Source: a virus
Length of the DNA stretch: 64,000 nt
Virus record (IMG/VR): IMGVR_UViG_3300047585_000208
Coordinates: 73,891-137,890 of that record
Strand: one strand, 5' to 3'
Both the position numbers and the translations under genes were made by a program. The notes under the pieces are model-generated. The model saw nothing but the letters and a program-made list of their open reading frames with translations, had not been told where the DNA came from and made no database searches. Below are positions 1 through 10,800 of this stretch, one piece after another. Each line of letters begins with the position of its first letter. Positions within the stretch are counted from its first letter, which is position 1.

Positions 1-1
1 A

Positions 2-1108
2 GACGAGCTTAAACGCCGCAGACAGCTTGTTGCTGCCTGGAAAAATGGTGGCTCTGGCAAATGCCACGCCTGCGGAACTTCAGCTACTGTTATCCGAGCT
101 AGGCTCCCAGAAGAGGAAGAAGAAATAATTGTACTTTCTGCGAGAGTTGCCCTTGACAATCAACTCTGGGATTCATATAAAGGCTATAACCAGCAACTTG
201 AGCTTTACAAGAGGCAAAAAGACGCAGCTACTCGATCGCTCGCCGATATCCGAAAACAGCTTAATGAGATAGCTCTTCCGCCAAAGCCAGCGCAAGGCGA
301 AGCTGAAATTAATTCGTTTCTGGAAGAACAGCAGACGTATGAGAGTGGGTTCGTGGCGCTTGAGCAGGTGTATAACCAGCTTTCAAGAACTTGTGCTGAG
401 CTTGAAGGGCAGATCAATCAGTTGAACGCACTAGAGCAAGCTTTGGCTGACAAGATCTTTGCTATTCCTTTGATTAAGCCAGAAGAAGCGGTTGAAGCAG
501 AGCTAAAGCTCGAAGAAGGCCGTAAGCGGGTAGAGGTAAAGCGAAACCTCCTCGCAAGGCAGCGCCTCTTGATTGAGCAGCTTAAACACGATAAGATTTC
601 CGCTGAAAAGTACCAAGAGTACAAAAAGAAAGTTCATCGGCTTGAGGCGTTAGAGCAACACAGGGTGAAAGTCCGGGAGATTTTTCATCGAGACAACTTG
701 CAGAAGAGAGTAGTTGAGAGTTATTTGGAGCTTCTTAAAGAAGAGATTAATCAGCATCAAGAAAGTTTTGATGCGACTTGTCGAGTCCTTGGATTCGAAG
801 ATTGGCGGTTTATTGTTAAGAAGCTTCCGGGAGGAGAGGTTCATTCAGCGTCGAGACTTTCAAAGGGTGAGCAAGCTTTATTTGCGCTAGCTTATCGAAT
901 TGTAATTAACTCGACTTTTGCAAAGGATCTTGGCCTCCTCTGTTTAGATGAACCGACAGTGGCTTTGGACGCGGATAATAGAAGGTGTCTGGAGACTGCG
1001 CTCATAAAACTTAGAGAACTAAGTGAGTCGCGAGGTCTTCAGGTGCTCTTGGTTACGCATGACACTGATATTGGTTCATTTGATACCGTAATCCGGCTGG
1101 AGGCCTGA
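2..1108 (+). CDS. SbcC/Rad50-like ATPase, C-terminal part (5' end outside window)
   Basis: Frame is open from base 2. Zinc-hook GKCHACG, coiled coil, signature LSKGE, Walker B LCLDEPT and H-loop LVTHD. Confidence 0.9.
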   Translation, partial: DELKRRRQLVAAWKNGGSGKCHACGTSATVIRARLPEEEEEIIVLSARVALDNQLWDSYKGYNQQLELYKRQKDAATRSLADIRKQLNEIALPPKPAQGEAEINSFLEEQQTYESGFVALEQVYNQLSRTCAELEGQINQLNALEQALADKIFAIPLIKPEEAVEAELKLEEGRKRVEVKRNLLARQRLLIEQLKHDKISAEKYQEYKKKVHRLEALEQHRVKVREIFHRDNLQKRVVESYLELLKEEINQHQESFDATCRVLGFEDWRFIVKKLPGGEVHSASRLSKGEQALFALAYRIVINSTFAKDLGLLCLDEPTVALDADNRRCLETALIKLRELSESRGLQVLLVTHDTDIGSFDTVIRLEA

Positions 1109-2046
1109 TGGAAAAGTTGATTCAGCCTGAGGCTGTAGACGCCGATCGGCTTAAGCTGGTTGTTGATCATCACGGAATAGTGTGGTTTGCCGAAGGAGCC
1201 GATTCGCCTCGAAATTCGGGTTTTAATGTTCAAGATTATATAGCGCAGGCCGATAACCTTCGGGCTGTTTCAGGTATTCGTGTCATAGGCACACACGAGA
1301 ACTCTGAACTTCTTCTTCGGCTTTACCGAATGCGGTCTGCCGGGCAATTTCCAATTCTTGAAGTTTGTAGTCCTCTTTGCTGCGAGCCCGCGGCACAGCG
1401 GAAAGACCCAGAAGTGGTGCTTTACAAGATGCGTAACTTCCCAGTTGCCAGGTCTGTGGGTGGCTGGCATGAGTTTGATGCCTCAGATGTTAAGTCTTAC
1501 TTGCTTGCTTTGCACTATCAAAAGGGTCTGACAATCACTGAAACCCAGCAAGCGGTTCTCCGTGAGCATCGTATGTGGCTTCCTTTGTCATTCATTCACG
1601 ATATTGACATTGAGGCTTGCTGTACGCTCGTAGGGTTACTCATTGACCCTCGCTGGTACGTCAGCCGAACAGAGCCAGATAGCGAGGGTAAGCTTGAGCA
1701 GTTTTTAGGGCTTAGCACTTCAATTCAATCTGGAGCTGAAAAGGGCCAAGGAAAACTGCACGACCGGTGCCGGCTTGTTCAAAAATGCTGGCGGCGACGT
1801 GGAGCTCCTCGGTGTAATCCAGAAGACCCAAGACAGTTTCTATGGCGTATGTGGAATGAAAAAGGCGGTGGAGCAAGGGCAGACTTGTTTATATCGAAGA
1901 AGTTTGTGAGCTTTTTGAAAGCAGTCTGGACAGACGCTCTTGCTCCAGAGTCTCGGCGTGGCCGGCTAATGGTGTCAAAACATTGGTTTTCTGAACCACG
2001 AGATGCTGAAGCTTTTGATCAATATACTCAGGCTGGTGCCTGTTAA
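1108..2046 (+). CDS. Hypothetical protein with weak IS110/Nop-like helical motif
   Basis: 312 aa, coupled to the upstream stop. LSFIHDIDIEACCTLVGLLIDPRWY...KLEQFLGL resembles the IS110 pattern L..IPGIG...A..L...I.D..RF....L..Y.GL. Confidence 0.55.
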   Translation: MEKLIQPEAVDADRLKLVVDHHGIVWFAEGADSPRNSGFNVQDYIAQADNLRAVSGIRVIGTHENSELLLRLYRMRSAGQFPILEVCSPLCCEPAAQRKDPEVVLYKMRNFPVARSVGGWHEFDASDVKSYLLALHYQKGLTITETQQAVLREHRMWLPLSFIHDIDIEACCTLVGLLIDPRWYVSRTEPDSEGKLEQFLGLSTSIQSGAEKGQGKLHDRCRLVQKCWRRRGAPRCNPEDPRQFLWRMWNEKGGGARADLFISKKFVSFLKAVWTDALAPESRRGRLMVSKHWFSEPRDAEAFDQYTQAGAC

Positions 2047-2054
2047 GAGGAGTC

Positions 2055-3554
2055 GTGGAAAAACTTACACTTCGTAAATCGGGCGCGGTTCTCGAAATCT
2101 CGCTCGACGGGAAACCTCACGCTTCTTCGGCGCTTCCAGAAGCCGCTAGAAGGATATTAGAGCCTGCCCTTCAATACCAGTACCGCAAATTTTTGTATGG
2201 AGCAGATCGCCGTTGCCCGGTTACTGGCGTTCAGCGCCGGGTTTTAGTAACTGATAAACAACTCTACAGGTACGACGAATACGGCCGCCTTATCACTAAC
2301 TTTGGATTTGCCAATCGCGTTCAAAATCTCCTCCGTTCGGTCGGTTACATCCTCGAATGTAAAATTGTACCCAGTGACCGTGAAGCGCACCGGGACTGCG
2401 CACGTCCGGACGCTTACTCTTTTTGTCCCGAAAACATCTTAGAGCACTTTCAGTTTAGGGAGCGCCAAGACGACGCTATTGCCGCAATTGCAGGGGCTCA
2501 AAATGGTCTTGTCAATGCGGTTACCGGCTTCGGGAAGCTGGTACTTATCGCAATGACATGCCTTGCTTACCCCAAGGCAGTCTTTCATATTGTTACTCGG
2601 CGAGCTACGCTTGTTCATAAGATTCACGACTACTTGACGAAGTACATTCCAGACGTAGGGTTAGTTGGAGCTGGGTCTCGTTATGTCGGTAGACGCGTGA
2701 CTGTCTCAACTGCCGCGAGTATGCACCACTTGTCCCCCTGGGACGCAGATTTTCTTTTGGCCGACGAAGCTCATGAACTTCTTGCTGAAGAGTCAGCTAA
2801 ATTTTTAGCTAAGTACGACTGCGCTAGGATGTTTGCCTTTACTGCTTCTCCAACCGGTCGCATGGACGGCACTGACATGCGGATGGAAGCTATTTTTGGA
2901 GAGCAGATCTTTTACCTTCCTTATTGGGAAGCTGTTGAACTTGGATTAGTGGTCCCTATTAGGGTCGAATGGACTGACGTGCTTATGGATCACAACCCAG
3001 TCGCTGACAAAGACGGGGTTCCAAAGAAGCGCTGGGGGCATTGGCGTAATCAGTATCGGAATCAGCTCATTGCTGATAAAGCTAATAGCTTCGATAGCGC
3101 CGACCAGGTTCTTCTTCTGGTTGACACGATTGAGCACGCGTGTTATTTGAAAGCTCATCTTCCTACCTATAAGTTGGTTTACGCACCAGGAGAAGTGGCT
3201 AAGACTGATTTCTATGTGGCTAAAGATCTAGTCAAGGAGGAAGACCTTAAGCTGACACCAAAGCTTGCTGAGCAGTTTCGAAAAGAGTTCGAGGCTGGCG
3301 AGCTTAAGAAGGTCATAGCGACCGGTGTTTGGTCAGTAGGTATTGACCCAGTTCATTTGACAGCGCTTATTCGTGGGTCAGCCGGTAGCTCCGAGATTAT
3401 GGATATCCAAGCCCCCGGTCGCGCCTCTAGGCGAGTTCCTGGTAAACACGTTGGGATAGTCTGCGATTTTAAGGATCAATTCGATTCTGCATTTTCAAGT
3501 GCCGCTAAAAAACGAGCTTCACATTACAAAGCTCTTCGTTGGGAGCAAGTATGA
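2055..3554 (+). CDS. Superfamily 2 DNA helicase (UvsW-like)
   Basis: Q-motif FRERQ, Walker A AVTGFGK, DEAH, TASP, ATGVWSVGID and QAPGRASR; RBS GAGGAG. Confidence 0.9.
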   Translation: MEKLTLRKSGAVLEISLDGKPHASSALPEAARRILEPALQYQYRKFLYGADRRCPVTGVQRRVLVTDKQLYRYDEYGRLITNFGFANRVQNLLRSVGYILECKIVPSDREAHRDCARPDAYSFCPENILEHFQFRERQDDAIAAIAGAQNGLVNAVTGFGKLVLIAMTCLAYPKAVFHIVTRRATLVHKIHDYLTKYIPDVGLVGAGSRYVGRRVTVSTAASMHHLSPWDADFLLADEAHELLAEESAKFLAKYDCARMFAFTASPTGRMDGTDMRMEAIFGEQIFYLPYWEAVELGLVVPIRVEWTDVLMDHNPVADKDGVPKKRWGHWRNQYRNQLIADKANSFDSADQVLLLVDTIEHACYLKAHLPTYKLVYAPGEVAKTDFYVAKDLVKEEDLKLTPKLAEQFRKEFEAGELKKVIATGVWSVGIDPVHLTALIRGSAGSSEIMDIQAPGRASRRVPGKHVGIVCDFKDQFDSAFSSAAKKRASHYKALRWEQV

Positions 3555-4210
3555 CGGATACCGACGATCAAATTGACCGACTTGCTGAGGCTATTAGAGA
3601 CATGTACTGGGAAGAAAGAATTCGGTACGAGGGTCAAGCTACCGGCAGGTTTGGAAAAGCCGGAGATCACCACGCGGTTCGTTGGGACGGCGGGGAAGAC
3701 GTTTATGGTCGACGTTATGAGCCTATTTGGCCAAAGATTGCAAAGAGGCTCATAAAAGACTTCATCTCTCCGGAGCGGGCTATTAGAGCTGTCTTCATGA
3801 CGGCGCATGGAACTTCAGCGCCGCTGCCTAATGTGCTGCTTGGTAAGAACTTAGCGAGAACTGTTGAAGTAACCGCAGAGAATCGGTTTGAGGAGATCAA
3901 GCGTCAGGCCAACGTTGAGGTTGAATATGCCAAGACACATATCATCCTGCTGATGAGCAGCTATACCGAGACCCAATCTCAGCGATTAGCAATAGTTAGT
4001 AGTGAGATACAGCTTACTCCTTTATTCCGATTTTGCTTGGCCGTTAAATTCGGTCATTTTGATTTAGCAGAGAAGTATAGAGAAAGGGCATTCAATCAAT
4101 TCATTAATGACGCCGAGTGCTACAGGCAAATCTTTCAAGACGGGTTCATACCGGCGGAGTTCGATACTCGACTGGCAGAGCTCAGGACAGCAGTCAGGAG
4201 CGCCAAATGA
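3551..4210 (+). CDS. Hypothetical protein in replication module
   Basis: ATG 3551 overlaps the helicase stop; lies between two helicases; no motif recognised. Confidence 0.7.
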   Translation: MTDTDDQIDRLAEAIRDMYWEERIRYEGQATGRFGKAGDHHAVRWDGGEDVYGRRYEPIWPKIAKRLIKDFISPERAIRAVFMTAHGTSAPLPNVLLGKNLARTVEVTAENRFEEIKRQANVEVEYAKTHIILLMSSYTETQSQRLAIVSSEIQLTPLFRFCLAVKFGHFDLAEKYRERAFNQFINDAECYRQIFQDGFIPAEFDTRLAELRTAVRSAK

Positions 4211-5862
4211 CAAATCAGTTGGACTGCACAGAAACGCGCGCTCGCATGGTGCTGGAAGAACGCTTATTTATGATGGCGTTTATTCTGCGGCTCCCAGAGT
4301 TATTTGCTCAAGCGGCGACGCACTTCAAAGCACAGTTATTTTCGGAATCGGATGAGCCGCATCTCCGACTTCTCTGGCGAGTTATTGCAGGAATTTTAAA
4401 GCAGCACGGGACAACCCGGTTCTTTGTTAATAAAGACCAGACCTGGAATATGCTTTCTGCTGAGTGCAGCGCTTATATAGCTGCGCATCCGACAGAGTTA
4501 CCAGAGGTTTATCGCGAGCAATTGCTAGGCGATGCCCCACAGGGTTTCTTGGCTTGGACATTTAATCTGCAAGAGAAGGAGTTAGTCAAGCTCTGGGGGC
4601 AGGAGCTTATTATTCGGTTTCTTGAAGAGCGCTGGGTGCAAGACCCAATGCGCCGAGCTATCGATGGGGCGGGTAATCAAACGCTCGCTAACCTTAATTC
4701 GATCTTGCGAGAAGTCCGTGAGCGTGAAGCGCTTGTTACCTCGTTGACCGGTTCGGAATCTGAAGAAGTAATTCCAGACGGCTGGATACCTCAAGCGATT
4801 ACGCTTGTGCCGACTAACGTACCGTTCATCGACAAGATTCTCAATGGCGGAGATGCAGCCAAAGAAACTTACGGCGTTCTTGGTGCGTTTAAAGCCGGTA
4901 AGACAACTCTTGCGATTCAGATAGTGAGTGGGACTGCTAGGTATGAGCTGGGGCAAAGAGGTAGAAATCCGGATCACGAGCTTCGATTTGGTTACATGTT
5001 CACTTATGAAGCTGGGGCAGACGAATCGCGAAGTCGTATTATTTCGCATATGGCCAGGATTTCTCGTGCCACGCTCATGAACTGGGGTAAAGAACCTCTA
5101 TCAACAGCTGGTAATTACAAACCATATGAATTGGCTGCGTTTAAGGCTGAGATCGAGGAGTGCCAGAGGGCTGGTGTCCCGTTTGGTGGAGAGAAAGAAC
5201 GATATGAAGCGGCTAAGCAGCACATGCAGCAACTTCGTATCTTTGACATGTCTGGTCCAATCGCTAATCCAAAGCAAGGTAGCGGAGGTCTAGATGAGAT
5301 CGCGATGAAGCTTGACCAAGAAGCTCAGCATGGGCGTAAGCCTCGTCGTGTAGTGATTGACTATGCCGGGCTATGTGTAAATCGTTTCTGTTCCGAGCAT
5401 GGGGTTAATAATCCTAGCGAGCGCTTTCAGGCACTTAACACCTTCGGCTATGACACTTTGCGGAAGATCGCAGTTCCGTATGACTGCTCTGTTTGGATTA
5501 TGCATCAGTTGTCTGGTCAGGCCAATAAGGCAACCTGGGCTAAGAAGCAATCTCATGCAGACGCAGCCGGTGGCGCGTCATTTGCTGAAAATTTAGTGAC
5601 TTGTTTTCAGCTCGGTATTCCTCATCCAACCCACAAGGGATCTTATTTCTCGTGTGGCGTTTCTAGGCGAACGGATGTTGGAGAGCCCATTCTTGTTCGC
5701 TTGGACGGGCTTCTTGGCACAATTCGTGACGCGTCGTCCGAACTGCTCGACCGAGATGGCGAATTAGTCTTGAAGTCAGAGTTTGGAAATATCCATCGCA
5801 GTGTTCAACCAAGACTGGCTGAACGCACAGGTGGCGGTTATGTAGCGAGGGCTTTTGAATGA
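4207..5862 (+). CDS. DnaB-like (SF4) replicative helicase
   Basis: Walker A GAFKAGKT, FTYE, VVIDY and HQL motifs; ATGA overlap at 4207; adjacent to primase. Confidence 0.8.
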   Translation: MTNQLDCTETRARMVLEERLFMMAFILRLPELFAQAATHFKAQLFSESDEPHLRLLWRVIAGILKQHGTTRFFVNKDQTWNMLSAECSAYIAAHPTELPEVYREQLLGDAPQGFLAWTFNLQEKELVKLWGQELIIRFLEERWVQDPMRRAIDGAGNQTLANLNSILREVREREALVTSLTGSESEEVIPDGWIPQAITLVPTNVPFIDKILNGGDAAKETYGVLGAFKAGKTTLAIQIVSGTARYELGQRGRNPDHELRFGYMFTYEAGADESRSRIISHMARISRATLMNWGKEPLSTAGNYKPYELAAFKAEIEECQRAGVPFGGEKERYEAAKQHMQQLRIFDMSGPIANPKQGSGGLDEIAMKLDQEAQHGRKPRRVVIDYAGLCVNRFCSEHGVNNPSERFQALNTFGYDTLRKIAVPYDCSVWIMHQLSGQANKATWAKKQSHADAAGGASFAENLVTCFQLGIPHPTHKGSYFSCGVSRRTDVGEPILVRLDGLLGTIRDASSELLDRDGELVLKSEFGNIHRSVQPRLAERTGGGYVARAFE

Positions 5863-6932
5863 GAGCCCTTAGACCAGCTCTGTACGATCGGCTAAAAGCC
5901 AGAGCTTCAATGCACAAATTTGGGGAGATTGTCATTGCTCACGAGAATGAGTCAATGGTCTCTCACGTAGAGTGGTCTGCGGATGAAGAGCGATTTAAGC
6001 TTCGCATTGATCAGCCAGGCGAGTACTACAGGGTCAATTGCCCCTTTTGCACAGATACTCGTCGTCGGCTTTGGATCAATCACATGTGGGGCTTTTATAA
6101 CGAGCGCTGCCGGAGCCGAAACCTCTGGTTAGCTGCTTGCTATAACGAGAGCTGTCTTCAAAGGCCTGGTTATGCCTACAAACTCTACGAAATGATATTT
6201 AGCGATGTAACTAATCGAAGGCAGGCTGTAGAAGCGGATGTAGTCGAGGTAGGAGAGAAACCGGCAGGCCTTTGTCAAGAAGCTCGTCCACCGGGTGTAG
6301 TTTATCCGCTGCACGAGCTTCCGTTTGATCATCCAGCTAACCTGTATTTGCGTAAGCGCGGCTATGACACAGATATGCTTGGGCGTACTTTACAGGTTGG
6401 CTGGTGTTCGGAGGCTTCTTGTCGTGAGTTATTTCTGGCTGCGAATCGCGTGATTATCCCGATATGGCTCTACGGGACCTATGTCGGCTGGCAGGCTCGT
6501 GAAATAGAAGAGCGTGAAAGTACTGCTCCAAAATATTTCACGATGCCGGGGATGAAAAAGCGCGGCTGCCTCTATAACTACGACATTGCGAGAAATTTTG
6601 ACTTTGTCGTGGTTACTGAGGGTGTTACGAAGGTCTGGAGTGTTGGTCCAGAGAGCGTAGCGATCCTTGGTAAGAAGCTTTCTTCCTGGCAAGCTCAAGC
6701 TATTTGTGGAACCTGGAAGAAAGCCGTTATTTATTTAGACGGTAGCGCGGCAGAAGAAGCGCTTGAAGCTAAAGACGCTTTGAGAAGTGTTCCGGAGGTG
6801 GCGCTGGTTCAATTGCCATCAGGCAAAGAACCAGGAGATTTTTCAATTGATTACAATCGTCAATTAATTTATTACGAAGCAAAAAGGCAAGGCATAGCGC
6901 TTGCTGGGCTTAAGGAGGAGTCAGATGGGTAG
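5859..6932 (+). CDS. DNA primase (zinc finger + TOPRIM)
   Basis: CPFC...C..C zinc ribbon, RVIIPI, GWQAR, PKY, TOPRIM VVTEG and YLD. Confidence 0.88.
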   Translation: MRALRPALYDRLKARASMHKFGEIVIAHENESMVSHVEWSADEERFKLRIDQPGEYYRVNCPFCTDTRRRLWINHMWGFYNERCRSRNLWLAACYNESCLQRPGYAYKLYEMIFSDVTNRRQAVEADVVEVGEKPAGLCQEARPPGVVYPLHELPFDHPANLYLRKRGYDTDMLGRTLQVGWCSEASCRELFLAANRVIIPIWLYGTYVGWQAREIEERESTAPKYFTMPGMKKRGCLYNYDIARNFDFVVVTEGVTKVWSVGPESVAILGKKLSSWQAQAICGTWKKAVIYLDGSAAEEALEAKDALRSVPEVALVQLPSGKEPGDFSIDYNRQLIYYEAKRQGIALAGLKEESDG

Positions 6933-7167
6933 TGTGATTTTTATGTTGACTGCGGTTTTCGGACAGCTGTTGGTATTTGGAGCCGGTTATATGTTGTGTC
7001 GGCAATGCTTGGTACACGAGTATCGGATGCGAGCGTTGAAGTATCCGACTAAGACTTTTGCTGAGCTTACGGCTAGGTTTAATCGATTACCTAGTCGAGC
7101 AAAGATGATATGGGCGTTGAACAAATTTGATTGGGACGAGTACTTGAATGGGTCGGACGCTAGTTGA
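6925..7167 (+). CDS. Small membrane-anchored hypothetical protein
   Basis: RBS AGGAGG, N-terminal hydrophobic helix; stop codon is the TGA of the palindrome at 7165. Confidence 0.65.
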   Translation: MGSVIFMLTAVFGQLLVFGAGYMLCRQCLVHEYRMRALKYPTKTFAELTARFNRLPSRAKMIWALNKFDWDEYLNGSDAS

Positions 7168-7194
7168 GTAACGTATTACTCAGAAAGGAGAAGG

Positions 7195-7491
7195 TTGTTG
7201 TTTCCAGCTTATCTAGAAATTGACGGTTCGCAAGGAACAGGGTTTACAGCTTATCTAGAAATTGACGATTCGCAAGGAAGAGGGTGGGGCGATGTCAGGG
7301 ATCACCTGATAACTTATTCAGATGGAACCGGCGAAGGAGACGGCGACGCTGGAAGTAGTCTGGGCAATGGCTCCGGTAACGGCGTAGCTTCTGGTGCTGG
7401 AAGGCTTATATCTGGTAGCGATGGTTTTGCTAAAGGAGCCGGGGTTGGTCGTGGTAATGCAGACGGTTCTGGTGAAGCTGAGTGGCGTTGA
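7195..7491 (+). CDS. Small Gly-rich (GxG repeat) protein
   Basis: Follows palindrome and AAGGAG RBS; GxGxG runs; internal duplication with 42-nt period (AYLEID.SQG twice). Confidence 0.7.
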   Translation: MLFPAYLEIDGSQGTGFTAYLEIDDSQGRGWGDVRDHLITYSDGTGEGDGDAGSSLGNGSGNGVASGAGRLISGSDGFAKGAGVGRGNADGSGEAEWR

Positions 7492-7527
7492 AAAGTTAAG
7501 TAACGCATTACTCAGAAAGGAGGATAA

Positions 7528-7770
7528 ATGGCAGAAATAATTCACCGACAGGGTTGTGACTCGTCTGGGGTCGGTGGTGACTACGACGATTTCCTGTCTA
7601 CGACTTTATATGGTGCTGGTGGTCCAGATTTAGGTGCTGGAGATGTTACCGGTACTGGAAGCGACGCTGGCACTGGCGCAGGTTGTGGATTTTCTAACTT
7701 TTCGTATAGGGGTTCCGGAGCTGGGTATGGACGTAGCCATGGTAATGCCTATTTCTCTGGTATGGGCTGA
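7528..7770 (+). CDS. Small Gly-rich (GxG repeat) protein
   Basis: Palindrome plus AGGAGG upstream; stop codon is the TGA of the next palindrome. Confidence 0.75.
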   Translation: MAEIIHRQGCDSSGVGGDYDDFLSTTLYGAGGPDLGAGDVTGTGSDAGTGAGCGFSNFSYRGSGAGYGRSHGNAYFSGMG

Positions 7771-7801
7771 GTAACGCATTACTCAGAAAAGAGAACTAAT
7801 A

Positions 7802-10800
7802 ATGGAAGATTTAGAGTTAGGTACTGACATTGGTTACTTAGTTGAAGCACTAGAGCCAGCTCTTGATTTTTATCCGCTTACTGCCCCAGGCATGCCGATG
7901 CCTGGTCCAGATTTTCTAGAACAGGCTGCAGTTCTAGACTCAAAGAAACCAACTTATATCGGTACGGGGCCAGATAAGCGACTTTTGGCTTGCAGCCCAG
8001 TTCTAACTGAACTTTATAAAGATGCACTCTACCAACCTGGTTTTCCTTTGCGAGTACAGGTAAAGGGCCGTACCCCAGAGACTCGTTTCTTGCCTGGTCA
8101 CCTTTGGACTGATCGCCCAACTGGCCCAAGGCCCGCTAGGGTAATGGTCATAGGTAAGTGGCCAGGCCTCGACGAGATGAACGACAGTAGCTACATAGCT
8201 GGCGATGCAATGCGTTTGTTTATGAAGGTCGCGAAGCAGTTTGGTGTTACGACTGCCGAAATGGCTGAATGGTACGTAACAGCGGTAATTAAGCATCCAA
8301 ACGCGGATGTTACTTCGAATAAGCCTCCGAAGCGCCATATTACTAATTGCCTCATTCTCCTAGAGCAAGAGCTTCGTCTTGTAAAGCCAGATTATGTGCT
8401 GGCACTCGGTTCTGAGACTTTCACAGCTCTAATGGGGCCTGGGCATGGCGGAGTAACGGAAGCTCAAGGTACAGCCTTTGAGCGCAAGGTCGATTTAAGG
8501 CGTTCTGCAGAAGAACCTGAATCGTGGCATTATTACAAGCTGGTCGCCTGTATCCATCCGGCCGCCGTACTTCACGACAGCGCTGCTTATGAGACCGCCT
8601 TTGAAGTGGGTATTAAGTACTTTGCTGACATGATCAGCGGGCATGTCGCAGCTGAGGTAAAGCCAGAGATAAATTACCAACTGATTTATAACACCCAACA
8701 CCTTGGCGCAATTGTTGATGAAATACTCGCTGAAGATTCAGCTCCTGCTGTCGCGATAGACTGCGAGTGGCAAGGTGAGTATCCAACAGAGCCAGGGGCT
8801 TGGCTTAGAACGATTCAGTTCAGCCATAAGCCGACGTTTGCTGCGTGTATCGTTTTGAGGCAGGCTGGTGGGAAGGTTGCCTTTAGGGGTGATCACGCTA
8901 CGCTTGTCCGGCAGCTTCGAAGGCTTTTACTGGGTGAGGGCCATAGGTTAGTCGGGCATAGTGTTCGATCTGACCTTCCGTGGATTCAGCTTGGGCTTGA
9001 TGAACAACTTGGTTTGGATTTGATTGAGTCATCTGGTGTAGCTGCTACTGCGGAGCTTACGAAGACTGAAGGTGGTTTTGACACGATGTACGCCGCCCAC
9101 GCTGTCAAGGAGACGCTAAAGAGCTATTCGCTGGATATGCTTGGTATCCAGTTTTGTGGGCTTAAGAACTACGCGCAAGACCTTGAGCGGTGGAAAGCTG
9201 CTTATTGTAAGGAACATAAGCTCGACAGTAAGAGTCTTGGCGGGTATGGGATGTGTCCTGACGAGATTTTACACCCGTACGCCCTCATGGACGTAATAGT
9301 CACTCAGGAGCTTTATAGGAAATTTAATGACGAGCTACTAGACTGCGATGAGTTTGGTAATTCGTCGAGAGTTCCGTTCTGGATGACTATGCGAGCGCAC
9401 AGAGCATTTCTTGAAATGGAGATGAACGGGATTCTGATTGACCGGCAAAGGGGTGAGCAACTTACAGCGACGTTTCTTCAAGCTCGTGATGAGCTGGTAG
9501 CTAAGCTTAAGAAGCTGTTTAACTGGCCGACGTTCAACCCAAGGTCGGCGCAGCAGTGTAAGGTAGCGCTGTTTGGGCCTCAGTACTCTGGGAAGTACGT
9601 TAACGGTAAGCCTGTCGACGTAAGACCGGAAGGGGCGCTGACTTTAGGCTTGCGACCTATTAAGTCTTCTGGCAAGCCTTCGATGAACTGGAACAGGGTC
9701 GAGCGAATGGGCTTGGCTAATGTTTACAGTCCTTGTACTGATAAGGAGACGCTTGGTGGGTTGGCTACTTTATTAAAAGGTAGCGAGGTAACAGGAGAAG
9801 CGGATCAATTTGGGTATGAGCATGTGTGCACACTGAGGAATGCTAAGTTCATTGCGCACGCGGTTACATCCGTGTTGCGAAAACCAAAGGTTGACGAACA
9901 AGATAATGTTGTCAAGGATGAAGAAGGTAATACCGAATACGAAGACGGGCTTTTGTCTTTTATTCAGGCTGACGGCAGGATCAGGACACACATTTATTCC
10001 ACTAAAGAAACTGGTCGCGTAAGTAACGCTAGACCTAATACCCAAGCAATTTCGAAAAGACGCGAGTCGTCCTATAAAAGTATTCTTGGTAAGAATTACC
10101 GATTCCCTATGCGGACTATGCTTAGGGCTACACCGGGATACGTTTTTGTTGAAGCAGACTTCATAGGCGCTGAAATCGCGATGTTGGCGATTCAAGCTGG
10201 TGATGAGAAGTTGATTGATCATGTCCGTCGGGCAAATCTTCCAGATAGCGACCCGCAGAAGTACGATGTCCATGCGAGTATTGCCGTTAAAGCTTTTCGA
10301 CTTGATTGCGCTCCTACTAAAGCTGGTTTGAAGAAGGTGAAGCGTGGAGATAAGACTGTCGATTTAAGCTACCTTCGCGACGTGACCAAAACACTTGTTT
10401 TTGGTTTGGCCTACGGTCGTGGTAATGAGGCGATTGTTAGAGCGGTTCAAGAAGAAGGTGTGTTGATTTCGGCATCGGAAGCTGAAGCAATTAGACAAGC
10501 AGTTCTTGGCGAGTATTCTCGACTTGATCCTTTCTTTGACGCTTGCAAAGCCCGGGTAACAAACCCCGGGTGGATCAGGAGTTGTTTCGGTCGTTATCGT
10601 AGAGCCGGCCGTATTCGGACTGACGATAACGGTGGAACAGAACGTGAATTCATGAATTTTCCGATTCAGGGCGGGATTGCTGATGCTACGAATGTGGCGC
10701 TGGAGAATTTGAGAGACTACCCTGCTCGTCGAGACGAGAATGGAGAGCTCAAGTATAAGTTGAGCCTTCAAGTTCATGACGCGGTTTTGACGGAAGTGAT

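Noticed and set aside
7165-7785. Palindrome copies as a CRISPR array
   Set aside because: Spacing is hundreds to thousands of bases and the intervals are genes; the repeat is only 18 bp.
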